Virus record (IMG/VR): IMGVR_UViG_3300033153_011579
Source: a virus
Lineage: Duplodnaviria; Heunggongvirae; Uroviricota; Caudoviricetes
Length of the DNA stretch: 64,000 nucleotides
Strand: one strand, 5' to 3'
Part shown: in pieces, positions 7,186 through 14,460 of the stretch
How positions within the stretch are numbered: the first letter of the stretch is position 1
Layout of the letters: the number at the start of each line of letters is the position of its first letter
Position numbers and translations under genes: made by a program
Notes under the pieces: model-generated
Database searches by the model: none
Told to the model about the DNA's origin: nothing
The model's input: the letters and a program-made list of their open reading frames with translations, nothing else

Positions 7186-7674
7186 ATGAAGACACAAAAA
7201 GAGATTGCAGACCGAGTGAGCAAGTTAGGCAAATCAGACTTCTTCGGGTTCAGGGCAGAGGTACTGATCGGCTACTTGGGTATGGAACTGCTGGTGCCGT
7301 TCTTGAAGGAGGGTGCCCGCAAGCGGTTTGAAGAAGACAAGGAGAATCCCTGGACTGACCCGGTTTTCACAGAAGATGAGGTCAAGAAGGACATGCTCGA
7401 CTATCTCAAATTCGCTTTTGAGAAGTGTTTAGACCACCGTGGTATCTCCGCGAACCGGAGCATCGAGAAACTCGTTGAGTGGGCGTGGATTCTGGGGAGG
7501 GACGACCTGGTGGAGTTCGCAGGAGAGGCAGGCAACTTCCGAAATTACGGTGCGCCGGTTCTAAAGAAATTCGCTGAGGGGTTCGAGATAGAGCTGCCCG
7601 AGGACGAGCGGTTTCACCGAATGGCTCGTGGAGAGCGCTGCGGAGCGGACTACGCTTGCGGTTGTAACGAGTGA
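7186..7674 (+). CDS. Hypothetical protein (162 aa)
   Basis: ORF track; ATG after T1 copy 12 SD. Confidence 0.7.
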   Translation: MKTQKEIADRVSKLGKSDFFGFRAEVLIGYLGMELLVPFLKEGARKRFEEDKENPWTDPVFTEDEVKKDMLDYLKFAFEKCLDHRGISANRSIEKLVEWAWILGRDDLVEFAGEAGNFRNYGAPVLKKFAEGFEIELPEDERFHRMARGERCGADYACGCNE

Positions 7675-7677
7675 GCT

Positions 7678-7712
7678 TGTAAGAGAATTTTGCATTCTCT
7701 GACACGGAGAAG
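7678..7712 (+). repeat. T1 element copy 13
   Basis: TGTAAGAGAATTTTGCATTCTCTGACACGGAGAAG; preceded by shared TGAGCT. Confidence 0.9.
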
Positions 7713-8054
7713 ATGATGAATCAGGATAGAGTAATCGAAATAGTGAGGGGCTGGCGGTGTCCTCACTGCTTCATGGAGTACGAGAACATTAAGGAAGCCC
7801 AGGAGTGCGATCAGCAGTGCTCCGCCTTCCTCGACGATGCTCCCCCAACTTGTGACTGGTGTGATCAGCCGGGAGAACACGAGAGTCCAGTCGAGGGGCT
7901 ACACTTTCTCATCAACTGTGGGCACTACATGTACGGTATGCATGAGGACGATAGTGGGGACGCTGAGAACGACCGCTACGAGACCGTCCAGCGGTTACGC
8001 GGTGTCGAGGCCCTTCCATGGGAGTACCCAGACGTCGGAGTGAAAGATGAATAA
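7713..8054 (+). CDS. Cys-rich (zinc-binding-like) protein (113 aa)
   Basis: WRCPHCFMEY...ECDQQC...CDWCDQPGEH. Confidence 0.6.
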   Translation: MMNQDRVIEIVRGWRCPHCFMEYENIKEAQECDQQCSAFLDDAPPTCDWCDQPGEHESPVEGLHFLINCGHYMYGMHEDDSGDAENDRYETVQRLRGVEALPWEYPDVGVKDE

Positions 8055-8376
8055 GCCAGAAGAAGACTTTGGTCTCGTGGTCGAACTTCACGGCCCGCGC
8101 GTGATTCATCGGTGCCGAGACTGTGATCACAGGTTCGGGTCTCCGCCCAGGCATTGGCAATGTAAGGCGCACCCGCGTCACCTGGAAAACCCAGAATATG
8201 CTCTTCATTTGGTCGGAAGAGAGTTGGATGAAAGCGAGCTCACAGACGGATATGGGTTTTGTGACCTCATCCGTGTGGCGACACAGCCGACGTGTCCTGA
8301 GTTCGAGCCGCGTAGACCGGCGAGTGCTGGATTTGTGTCTTGGTGGAGAAGGCTGTTGGCGAAGTTCGGTCTGTAA
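8047..8376 (+). CDS. Cys-rich protein (109 aa)
   Basis: HRCRDCDHRFG...; 8-nt overlap with upstream gene, GGAG upstream; TAA in T1 copy 14. Confidence 0.55.
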   Translation: MNKPEEDFGLVVELHGPRVIHRCRDCDHRFGSPPRHWQCKAHPRHLENPEYALHLVGRELDESELTDGYGFCDLIRVATQPTCPEFEPRRPASAGFVSWWRRLLAKFGL

Positions 8377-8400
8377 GAGAATTTATGATTCTCTGACACG
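8372..8400 (+). repeat. T1 element copy 14 (no canonical GGAGG after TGACACG)
   Basis: TGTAAGAGAATTTATGATTCTCTGACACG then AGATGGGTAGATG. Confidence 0.85.
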
Positions 8401-8410
8401 AGATGGGTAG

Positions 8411-8650
8411 ATGAAGAAGCGAGCAAAACGAGTCGAAAGATTCCATGTGAGGTGTCCCTTTTGTGGCGATCTCGTGGACATCATGACGTCGCTCTCTTGG
8501 TGCTCTGGGTGTTTTGTCGAGTGGTACCGTACACGAGCTTGCAATTACATTTTTGATACCGAGAGGAAGACCGAGAGGTTCGTGTGGGCCAAGGCGGTGC
8601 AGAAGTCCGGAGGCATGCGGATCGCCTCAGCCAACGAGGACGATGAGTAA
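8411..8650 (+). CDS. Zinc-ribbon protein (79 aa)
   Basis: VRCPFCGDLVDIMTSLSWCSGCFVEWY; TAA in T1 copy 15. Confidence 0.6.
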   Translation: MKKRAKRVERFHVRCPFCGDLVDIMTSLSWCSGCFVEWYRTRACNYIFDTERKTERFVWAKAVQKSGGMRIASANEDDE

Positions 8651-8679
8651 GAGAATTCAGGATTCTCTGACACGGAGGA
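8648..8679 (+). repeat. T1 element copy 15
   Basis: TAAGAGAATTCAGGATTCTCTGACACGGAGGA; perfect 7-bp stem, 5-nt loop. Confidence 0.95.
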
Positions 8680-8683
8680 TGAG

Positions 8684-9052
8684 ATGTGGAACAGAGTAAT
8701 ATTCGCGGGCTGGATGGTAGTCGCGTTGCTGATCGGGGTCCTATTCGGCGCAGGCCTCTACCAAACCTGGCCGGCTAATCCCGACGTGATCGAGGACACC
8801 GAACCCTCAAGCGGTCGGCCCCTAGAGATCGAGATCTGCTCAGACGCGGCTGACCACTGCAACGATTCGGAGGACTGCGTAGAGGACGTATTCTCGCGGT
8901 GTCTTTACCACCTCGGGACGCCAACAATGTCCGACTGTCACGAAGAGTGCGCAGGGATCATGAAGGAGCTAAGCGACAAGAACGATGCGTGCTGGGATAG
9001 CTTCATGAACTGCCAAGACGTACTCGACGAGGTGTGGCGAGAAGCGCTGTAA
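8684..9052 (+). CDS. N-terminally anchored Cys-rich protein (122 aa), paralogue of 32459..32836
   Basis: TM VIFAGWMVVALLIGVLFGAGLY; TMSDCHEECAGIMKELSDKNDACWDSFMNC aligns with TIETCREECAEIVRDLSRANDDLWERWLAC. Confidence 0.65.
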   Translation: MWNRVIFAGWMVVALLIGVLFGAGLYQTWPANPDVIEDTEPSSGRPLEIEICSDAADHCNDSEDCVEDVFSRCLYHLGTPTMSDCHEECAGIMKELSDKNDACWDSFMNCQDVLDEVWREAL

Positions 9053-9086
9053 GAGAATTGAGAATTCTCTGACACGGAAAAGAGGA
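9048..9086 (+). repeat. T1 element copy 16
   Basis: TGTAAGAGAATTGAGAATTCTCTGACACGGAAAAGAGGA. Confidence 0.9.
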
Positions 9087-9091
9087 ACTCA

Positions 9092-9349
9092 GTGACTGAC
9101 GACATCATCCAGATTCGAACCGCGCCAGGATGCCGCAAGGAAAAGCCGATGCGGTATCTGGTGTTCCGCATCGAGTGCTACTACCCAGCGGGTGGGTGGG
9201 ACGACCTCGAAGCGACGACCAACGACAAGGAAACCGCAATCGAACTGGCCAAGAAAATTGAGGCTGAATTCAGCAGCGGCGAGGTGATTGACCTCGATAC
9301 TGGGACTCGCCTTTACCCGCCGTGGCGCGGTGACGACGAGGACGAGTAA
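9092..9349 (+). CDS. Hypothetical protein (85 aa, GTG start)
   Basis: GTG 5 nt after AAGAGGA; ends ...PWRGDDEDE*; TAA in T1 copy 17. Confidence 0.55.
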   Translation: MTDDIIQIRTAPGCRKEKPMRYLVFRIECYYPAGGWDDLEATTNDKETAIELAKKIEAEFSSGEVIDLDTGTRLYPPWRGDDEDE

Positions 9350-9380
9350 GAGAATTGGCGATTCTCTGACACGGAGAGGA
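9347..9380 (+). repeat. T1 element copy 17
   Basis: TAAGAGAATTGGCGATTCTCTGACACGGAGAGGA; upstream CGGTGACGACGAGGACGAG matches copy 6 flank. Confidence 0.95.
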
Positions 9381-9382
9381 AG

Positions 9383-9634
9383 ATGACCAGGCTCGAACAG
9401 TACCAAAAACTCCACGAGATCTTCCTCGTGAACAGGTTTTCGGACGTGTTGACCGAGGCTGAAGAAGACGACCTGCTCTACGCCCTGGACGCCGTTTGGT
9501 GGCAGATGACGAGTGCGGAGCACGCCGAAGCGGAGAAGGACACCTGGATGTGGAATCGGGTGCTGCGGGGATGGTTCGCGCACATCGATCCCGCTGGCGG
9601 AACGAACAACCCAGTGATGAAGTGGAGCTTGTAA
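9383..9634 (+). CDS. Hypothetical protein (83 aa)
   Basis: ORF track; TAA in T1 copy 18. Confidence 0.6.
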   Translation: MTRLEQYQKLHEIFLVNRFSDVLTEAEEDDLLYALDAVWWQMTSAEHAEAEKDTWMWNRVLRGWFAHIDPAGGTNNPVMKWSL

Positions 9635-9666
9635 GAGAACTGACAATTCCCTTACACGAGGAGGAG
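9630..9666 (+). repeat. T1 element copy 18 (divergent right arm, TTACACG)
   Basis: TGTAAGAGAACTGACAATTCCCTTACACGAGGAGGAG. Confidence 0.8.
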
Positions 9667-9669
9667 AGG

Positions 9670-9945
9670 ATGAGGCGGAATCGCAGAACAATGGTGGCCA
9701 CAAGCACGATAGGTTCGTGGATGAGCCGAGTGTATAGACTGGAAGCTGAGAACGAAAAGCTTCGTACTGATCTTCTCTTCGCCAAAGCAAAGATTAAGGC
9801 GATCCGGGTACGTATTGAGATGGTCGATGATGGGGAGAGCTGTTACCAGTCACACGACGCGGTACCAGACATTCTCAACATTCTGCGTGGGGGGACGCTT
9901 TGGACAGGAAGTCCACAGTACGCCGCCGTCAAAAAACGCCTGTAA
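9670..9945 (+). CDS. Hypothetical coiled-coil protein (91 aa)
   Basis: MRRNRRTMVATSTIGSWMSRVYRLEAENEKLRTDLLFAKAKIK...; TAA in T1 copy 19. Confidence 0.55.
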   Translation: MRRNRRTMVATSTIGSWMSRVYRLEAENEKLRTDLLFAKAKIKAIRVRIEMVDDGESCYQSHDAVPDILNILRGGTLWTGSPQYAAVKKRL

Positions 9946-9975
9946 GAGAACCGACTGACTCTATTACACGAGGAG
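9941..9975 (+). repeat. T1 element copy 19 (divergent)
   Basis: TGTAAGAGAACCGACTGACTCTATTACACGAGGAG. Confidence 0.75.
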
Positions 9976-9982
9976 ATAATAG

Positions 9983-10465
9983 ATGCACGGGCTAGGAAGA
10001 AGAGGAAACCGCCGGAAGAAACGCCTGAAGAAACATCGAGGCCGTACTCCTGCTAGAGTTTCGGCATCCAGCAAGGTCTACAACACTACCTCCAGGACCG
10101 TCGTCAAGACTGCTGCGCCCAGCACCGTCGTCACGTTCGACGACGTAGCTGATCTGGCCGAGGCGACCCTCGACGAGGAGAACGTGACCGCGCTGTTCAT
10201 GCGGTACGACAATAACATCAGGCCAACGCTCTTCTACACTGCCTACGCGGAAACTCCGTCTGGGCGCGTCTTCCTCCAGGCAGTCCATGTACTGTCGAAA
10301 GATGAGATCTACGAGAACCCAAAACACCCGCTGCCCTGTTACAGGGACGGCAAGGACATGAGGTGCCCCTATCCGCAGGAGCACATCATCGACAGGGCCG
10401 TTGAGTACTGGGAGTCCCGAGGGATTGACGTCTACGAGGGCACGGTGGAGATGAAGATTTTGTAA
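9983..10465 (+). CDS. Hypothetical protein with basic N-terminus (160 aa)
   Basis: MHGLGRRGNRRKKRLKKHRGRTPARV...; TAA in T1 copy 20. Confidence 0.6.
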   Translation: MHGLGRRGNRRKKRLKKHRGRTPARVSASSKVYNTTSRTVVKTAAPSTVVTFDDVADLAEATLDEENVTALFMRYDNNIRPTLFYTAYAETPSGRVFLQAVHVLSKDEIYENPKHPLPCYRDGKDMRCPYPQEHIIDRAVEYWESRGIDVYEGTVEMKIL

Positions 10466-10494
10466 GAGAACCTTCTATTCCCTGACATGGAGGA
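10461..10494 (+). repeat. T1 element copy 20
   Basis: TGTAAGAGAACCTTCTATTCCCTGACATGGAGGA. Confidence 0.8.
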
Positions 10495-10499
10495 TTGAG

Positions 10500-10733
10500 A
10501 TGAAAACGGGAGAACGCGAACTGTTCAAGGTAACCGGACGACCTGGTCGCCGTATCTGGCGCAAACAAGCCGGAGCGCGAGGGTACCGACCCATCTGGAC
10601 CTCCGACTACGTTGAGGAGGTTGACGGGAAGTTCTTCTGCACGATTCGGAGTGAGTCCGAGAACGACCTGCCGATGGAGCAGCACGATAACCTTCAAGAC
10701 GCGCTCGAGTGGTTGATGAGGGATCGGACGTAA
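10500..10733 (+). CDS. Hypothetical protein (77 aa)
   Basis: ORF track; TAA in T1 copy 21. Confidence 0.6.
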   Translation: MKTGERELFKVTGRPGRRIWRKQAGARGYRPIWTSDYVEEVDGKFFCTIRSESENDLPMEQHDNLQDALEWLMRDRT

Positions 10734-10762
10734 GAGAATCAACGATTCTCTGACATGGAGGA
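10731..10762 (+). repeat. T1 element copy 21
   Basis: TAAGAGAATCAACGATTCTCTGACATGGAGGA. Confidence 0.9.
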
Positions 10763-10766
10763 CAGG

Positions 10767-10961
10767 ATGAAACGCACGCTGTTGACCGAGATCGACTTTG
10801 ACCGTCAGAGCTGTCGGGTCATCGAGGCGGAGATCATCAAGTGCAACACCTGTAAGGGTAGCGGTTGGAAAGAGGTTTCGACGCACCGCGGAAACTACAG
10901 ACGCCGCTGTGCTCAGTGCCACGGCACAGGCAAGGTGCTGGTGGGACCGAAGGTTCGATGA
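10767..10961 (+). CDS. DnaJ-type zinc-finger-like protein (64 aa)
   Basis: Two CxxCxGxG motifs: CNTCKGSG and CAQCHGTG. Confidence 0.6.
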   Translation: MKRTLLTEIDFDRQSCRVIEAEIIKCNTCKGSGWKEVSTHRGNYRRRCAQCHGTGKVLVGPKVR

Positions 10962-10962
10962 C

Positions 10963-10996
10963 TGTAAGAGAACAGACGATTCTCTGACACGAGGAG
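10963..10996 (+). repeat. T1 element copy 22
   Basis: TGTAAGAGAACAGACGATTCTCTGACACGAGGAG. Confidence 0.9.
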
Positions 10997-11002
10997 AGAA
11001 GG

Positions 11003-11254
11003 ATGAATTTCAGTAACGAGCAAATGACAGAGTGGCTGTCGGAGGTTCCGGAAGCTACCAGCGTACGCTGCGTGGCTATCCCTCCGTACATCAGTAAAGA
11101 GATGAAGGAGCGGCCAGTGATTCCGTGGGATCTGCTTACCCGAGAAGTCAACAACAAGATAGGTGATGGTGACCGCGTACTCGGGATTCGTGCTGCGGGG
11201 GCCAACTCCTACGGCAATTACTGGATCATCATTTGGGTTGGCAACAAAGAGTGA
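11003..11254 (+). CDS. Hypothetical protein (83 aa)
   Basis: ORF track; ATG after T1 copy 22 SD. Confidence 0.6.
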   Translation: MNFSNEQMTEWLSEVPEATSVRCVAIPPYISKEMKERPVIPWDLLTREVNNKIGDGDRVLGIRAAGANSYGNYWIIIWVGNKE

Positions 11255-11257
11255 GCT

Positions 11258-11290
11258 TGTAAGAGAAACTAATATTCTCTGACGGAGGAG
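11258..11290 (+). repeat. T1 element copy 23
   Basis: TGTAAGAGAAACTAATATTCTCTGACGGAGGAG; preceded by shared TGAGCT. Confidence 0.85.
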
Positions 11291-11293
11291 AGC

Positions 11294-11527
11294 ATGGACA
11301 ACGATACCAAAAGACTGTGTGGCAACTGCTTCTGGTTTGATCAAGAGCTCTGTCGACGACTGCCACCGCGCATGATTGACCAGGTAGATCTTTATGAAAA
11401 AGATAGTGAGTTCAACACCTGGAATGCCAGTTACGCAGACGACTACACCTCTTGGCCAGTTGTAGAAGAGAAAGCCTGGTGCGGAGAATGGCGATCGAAG
11501 GAAGACGGCTGGCCCGTCGGTAAGTAA
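11294..11527 (+). CDS. Cys-rich hypothetical protein (77 aa)
   Basis: CGNCFWFDQELCRRLPP...WCGEW; TAA in T1 copy 24. Confidence 0.6.
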   Translation: MDNDTKRLCGNCFWFDQELCRRLPPRMIDQVDLYEKDSEFNTWNASYADDYTSWPVVEEKAWCGEWRSKEDGWPVGK

Positions 11528-11556
11528 GAGAATCAAACATTCTCTGACACGAGGAG
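11525..11556 (+). repeat. T1 element copy 24
   Basis: TAAGAGAATCAAACATTCTCTGACACGAGGAG. Confidence 0.9.
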
Positions 11557-11559
11557 AAG

Positions 11560-11673
11560 ATGATGGAAATTCTAATTTTTTGGCTGTGCTTTTGTGGACT
11601 CGGAGCCGTTGGTATATTGGTAGCGTCCTTGGTGATCCTCAGTGAGGAACGTCAACGAAACGGTCGCCAGTAA
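11560..11673 (+). CDS. Small hydrophobic peptide (37 aa; below ORF-track cutoff)
   Basis: MMEILIFWLCFCGLGAVGILVASLVILSEERQRNGRQ*; exactly bounded by T1 copies 24 and 25. Confidence 0.4.
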   Translation: MMEILIFWLCFCGLGAVGILVASLVILSEERQRNGRQ

Positions 11674-11701
11674 GAGAATCAGCACGTTCCCTGAAAGGAA
11701 G
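11671..11701 (+). repeat. T1/T2 hybrid element (copy 25)
   Basis: TAAGAGAATCAGCACGTTCCCTGAAAGGAAG: T1 left half joined to the ACGTTCCCTGAAAGGA tail seen in T2 copy e. Confidence 0.8.
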
Positions 11702-11714
11702 ATTGGAGAACAAA

Positions 11715-11927
11715 ATGTCGAAGAACACGGTCACGCAGCACGTTTTGGTTGATTCCCATGTTGAGTGCTTCCCTGAGGAATTCCTCGAAGCACTTCTCGC
11801 AGTTTGTCCGGCTCCCTTGGCACCGGACAGTCTTAAACAACTCCGTGACATAGGGAGAGTCCAGTTGAGCCTCTGGCTTTCCCCGGAGGACTTGAAGCGC
11901 TGGACAGGTAAAGCGCCAGGGGAATGA
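11715..11927 (+). CDS. Hypothetical protein (70 aa)
   Basis: MSKNTVTQHVLVDSHVECFPEEF...; stop TGA lies in T2 copy b. Confidence 0.5.
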   Translation: MSKNTVTQHVLVDSHVECFPEEFLEALLAVCPAPLAPDSLKQLRDIGRVQLSLWLSPEDLKRWTGKAPGE

Positions 11928-11938
11928 CACTTTCCCTG
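11919..11938 (+). repeat. T2 hairpin copy b
   Basis: GGGGAATGACACTTTCCCTG; TGA = stop of upstream ORF. Confidence 0.8.
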
Positions 11939-11976
11939 TGCCTACACAACAACCGCCTAGTGGGGCAAGGAGTAGG

Positions 11977-12330
11977 ATGATGACAGAGCATACATTGACC
12001 GTTGGTGGAAGCGAGGTCGTGGTTTCGAGTAACCCTGTTTCAAGGGACCTTGTCGGCTCGGACCGCAGCTTCGGAGATGAACGCGCGCACCCATGTCCGA
12101 ACTGTAGCAAAAATAGTCTGCGCTACCATTTCCTCGACTACAGGCCTGCGCTGTCGTGGGCCTGCGTCGAGTGTGGCTATGCTGAGCACCCGCCGATTGA
12201 AAAGTTGGTTGCCGATGGGTACTCCCCGCAGAAGGTAGAGGAGGATTGGTCGACCTGCATTTACCCAAAGGAGTGGATGCTTTACTCCCCGCTTGAGCGG
12301 TTAGCGTCACCACAAACACGAAAGGATTAG
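11977..12330 (+). CDS. Zinc-ribbon protein (117 aa; track start 11938 is GTG)
   Basis: HPCPNCSKNS...WACVECGYAEHP; AAGGAG 6 nt before ATGATG. Confidence 0.5.
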   Translation: MMTEHTLTVGGSEVVVSSNPVSRDLVGSDRSFGDERAHPCPNCSKNSLRYHFLDYRPALSWACVECGYAEHPPIEKLVADGYSPQKVEEDWSTCIYPKEWMLYSPLERLASPQTRKD

Positions 12331-12334
12331 AACG

Positions 12335-12685
12335 ATGGGTTTGTTTTCACCACCAGGCCAAGCTCCAGATCTCCGAGAGGCGAAAGATGTTAGAGTTATC
12401 GTCACCCTATGCAAGGACGAAGAACCAGGTGATGGATATGTCCGAACACAGATAACCGCTCTCGATGAACTCGAGGAGGGTGAAGAGGGTTTAAATATTA
12501 ACGGAGACAACGTCTTTGAGGCACTGGTTTACGCGCTGTACCACCACTTTGTAAACGAGCACGAGGTTGGGCATTCTTGTTGCCTTACTCATTTTATCGA
12601 AGAGATCACAGACCTACTGGAGCGTGTCAACGAGACTGACGGAAACGAAAAGGTCAGTCGGAGTTCTGAAGAACACACACATTAA
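12335..12685 (+). CDS. Hypothetical protein (116 aa), AT-richer
   Basis: ORF track; visibly lower GC than array average. Confidence 0.55.
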   Translation: MGLFSPPGQAPDLREAKDVRVIVTLCKDEEPGDGYVRTQITALDELEEGEEGLNINGDNVFEALVYALYHHFVNEHEVGHSCCLTHFIEEITDLLERVNETDGNEKVSRSSEEHTH

Positions 12686-12727
12686 TAAGGGTTATTGCAT
12701 CAGCTGCGGACCGTCGACCCTGTATGA

Positions 12728-12746
12728 GGAATGACACGTTCCCTGG
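12728..12746 (+). repeat. T2 hairpin copy c (in non-coding gap)
   Basis: GGAATGACACGTTCCCTGG. Confidence 0.8.
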
Positions 12747-12793
12747 TGGGAGAACGTCGAACTGGAGTGAGAGGAGTTTGAATGTTTAAAGCA

Positions 12794-12944
12794 CGTCGAG
12801 TTCTCCGAGCGCGCGGTGAGTGTGGACGGGGGCCTGCGTTGGGTTTTTGTGACGAATTCTCCTTAGCAGGCCTTCTACGTGGAGTGCTTCAACCATTCCA
12901 TCGACCTACTCGACCCACTCACCGCGCGCTCGGAGAACTCGACG
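12794..12944. repeat. 29-bp perfect inverted repeat flanking a 93-nt spacer
   Basis: 12794-12822 CGTCGAGTTCTCCGAGCGCGCGGTGAGTG is the exact reverse complement of 12916-12944; nested GGCCTGC/GCAGGCC pair in the spacer. Confidence 0.9.
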
Positions 12945-12971
12945 GCACGCAGTCGGGGGAAGGAGAAAAGA

Positions 12972-13181
12972 ATGCGAAAATATCGATTTCAGCACGATGA
13001 GGATGGTGACGTGCTGTGGGTCTACATCGCCGGTAACTCCGCGTACCCAGGGGAGCACCGCTTCGATCCACCAGAAGTTTTGGAGGCCTACATCGGTTAC
13101 CTTCGAGCATGTAAAGGTGATCAACTTGATTCTGATGTAGTTATCGCCTGGAAGGACAGTGCTTGGGGTCCGGATGTCTGA
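12972..13181 (+). CDS. Hypothetical protein (69 aa)
   Basis: MRKYRFQHDEDGDVLWVYIAG...; GGAAGGAGAAAAGA upstream; stop abuts T2 copy d. Confidence 0.5.
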   Translation: MRKYRFQHDEDGDVLWVYIAGNSAYPGEHRFDPPEVLEAYIGYLRACKGDQLDSDVVIAWKDSAWGPDV

Positions 13182-13196
13182 TGACACGTTCCCTGG
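13179..13196 (+). repeat. T2 copy d (left arm missing)
   Basis: TGATGACACGTTCCCTGG. Confidence 0.65.
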
Positions 13197-13232
13197 TACC
13201 CCTATGCCCAAACACTAGGCAGGAGGAATGAG

Positions 13233-13412
13233 ATGTCTGAAAAGAAAGCTGTGGTTCAACGTGTTGTCATCCACGAACTCTTGGATGCAGGTGTGGTGGC
13301 GATCGAAGGACGTGATCTTGTGTTCGAGTCCCCCTGGGACAAGGGCTCAGAGGCGATGATTGCTTTGATGAAGAAAGGCCTCGTCAAAGACGTGGTCCGG
13401 GACAGGGAATGA
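13233..13412 (+). CDS. Hypothetical protein (59 aa; below ORF-track cutoff)
   Basis: MSEKKAVVQRVVIHELLDAGVVAIEGRDLVFESPWDKGSEAMIALMKKGLVKDVVRDRE*; AGGAGGAATGAG upstream; TGA in T2 copy e. Confidence 0.45.
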   Translation: MSEKKAVVQRVVIHELLDAGVVAIEGRDLVFESPWDKGSEAMIALMKKGLVKDVVRDRE

Positions 13413-13423
13413 CACGTCCCCTG
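13405..13423 (+). repeat. T2 hairpin copy e
   Basis: GGGAATGACACGTCCCCTG followed by AAAGGAG SD and ATG 13438. Confidence 0.8.
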
Positions 13424-13437
13424 AAAGGAGAAGCCCG

Positions 13438-13713
13438 ATGGGTCAAACAACATCCGACAATCCAGGTGGAGTGAAGTCGCTCTTCGAAGATAACAACTCA
13501 CAAAAAGCTACTGCCTCCACGCTCGCCGGATACCTCGTCGAAGATGGTGCTTGGATGGTATTGCCAGATGGGGACCGCGAGATCACTATTGTGCGGCACA
13601 GAGACTATGGCACGATCATGTATCTCATTGATGGTCCAGGCGAGGATATAAGAAGCGGCGTAGTAAAAACGGTGCGAGAACTCGCTGACGCCATCGCCGT
13701 TGGTGGGGAATGA
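13438..13713 (+). CDS. Hypothetical protein (91 aa)
   Basis: ORF track; stop TGA in T2 copy f. Confidence 0.55.
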   Translation: MGQTTSDNPGGVKSLFEDNNSQKATASTLAGYLVEDGAWMVLPDGDREITIVRHRDYGTIMYLIDGPGEDIRSGVVKTVRELADAIAVGGE

Positions 13714-13726
13714 CACGTTCCCTAGG
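13705..13726 (+). repeat. T2 hairpin copy f
   Basis: GGGGAATGACACGTTCCCTAGG, 10 nt before T1 copy 26. Confidence 0.85.
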
Positions 13727-13736
13727 AACTTGAGCT

Positions 13737-13770
13737 TGTAAGAGAATCTCGCATTCTCTGACACGGAGGA
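13737..13770 (+). repeat. T1 element copy 26
   Basis: TGTAAGAGAATCTCGCATTCTCTGACACGGAGGA; preceded by shared TGAGCT. Confidence 0.95.
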
Positions 13771-13774
13771 AAAA

Positions 13775-13954
13775 ATGGACGAACACATGAGATATTTAGG
13801 CTGCCTGAAACTACTTGAGGATTGCTCACCTTACGTACCGGAAGAGATTCGTGAGGGTATCGAGATGGCTCACGACGATGCTGTAGAGGCCAGCAACGGG
13901 ACCTTGCGGGCTCGCAGTGTGCTCGATCGACGAGAGATCGAGGTGGTGACGTAA
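13775..13954 (+). CDS. Hypothetical protein (59 aa; below ORF-track cutoff)
   Basis: MDEHMRYLGCLKLLEDCSPYVPEEIREGIEMAHDDAVEASNGTLRARSVLDRREIEVVT*; bounded by T1 copies 26 and 27. Confidence 0.5.
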   Translation: MDEHMRYLGCLKLLEDCSPYVPEEIREGIEMAHDDAVEASNGTLRARSVLDRREIEVVT

Positions 13955-13984
13955 GAGAATCCGCACGTTCTCTTACACGGAGGA
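13952..13984 (+). repeat. T1 element copy 27
   Basis: TAAGAGAATCCGCACGTTCTCTTACACGGAGGA. Confidence 0.85.
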
Positions 13985-13985
13985 A

Positions 13986-14189
13986 ATGATGGGTAAAGAT
14001 GTGAGGACCAAGACATTCGCTATGATGTTTCGGGAGCGCTGCGTGATCATGCGGGATGCTTTCGACCGCCGTGACGTAGAGGGCTTTGCTACTGCTCTCA
14101 AGGACGTTGAGCGCCTGATGCGAGAGCACGCCGAGGGGTGCGGCTGCTCACAATGCCGAGAGACGCTGAAGATCATGAATGAGGTGTAA
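13986..14189 (+). CDS. Hypothetical protein (67 aa)
   Basis: ORF track; ...HAEGCGCSQCRETLK; TAA in T1 copy 28. Confidence 0.55.
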   Translation: MMGKDVRTKTFAMMFRERCVIMRDAFDRRDVEGFATALKDVERLMREHAEGCGCSQCRETLKIMNEV

Positions 14190-14219
14190 GAGAATACACA
14201 CGTCCTTTAACACGGAGGA
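14185..14219 (+). repeat. T1 element copy 28 (degenerate right arm)
   Basis: TGTAAGAGAATACACACGTCCTTTAACACGGAGGA. Confidence 0.75.
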
Positions 14220-14223
14220 AACG

Positions 14224-14460
14224 ATGAGTACTGTTCTGGATAATGACCAAAAATTGATGGTAATTCTGGCGGTTGTGGTGGCACTCTTCCTGTTAATTTT
14301 GGCTGGTGGGAAGCTTATTGGTGATGTTTTGTCACCCCCAACACCCCAAGAGGACTGTATGAACCAGGCCCAGCAGCTGGACAGCGAGGAGTCTGAGAAA
14401 GAAGCCTACTACAAGTGTCTTGAGTCTTTAGGGCTGGAAGATCCTAAAAAGGCTTTGTAA
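14224..14460 (+). CDS. N-terminally anchored small protein (78 aa)
   Basis: MSTVLDNDQKLMVILAVVVALFLLILAGGKLIG...; TAA in T1 copy 29. Confidence 0.55.
   Translation: MSTVLDNDQKLMVILAVVVALFLLILAGGKLIGDVLSPPTPQEDCMNQAQQLDSEESEKEAYYKCLESLGLEDPKKAL

Noticed and set aside
12782-13000. 72-aa ORF across the 29-bp inverted repeat
   Set aside because: Both repeat arms would be translated. The product is Arg/Gly-rich, no SD is present, and the region is better explained as a structured non-coding element.
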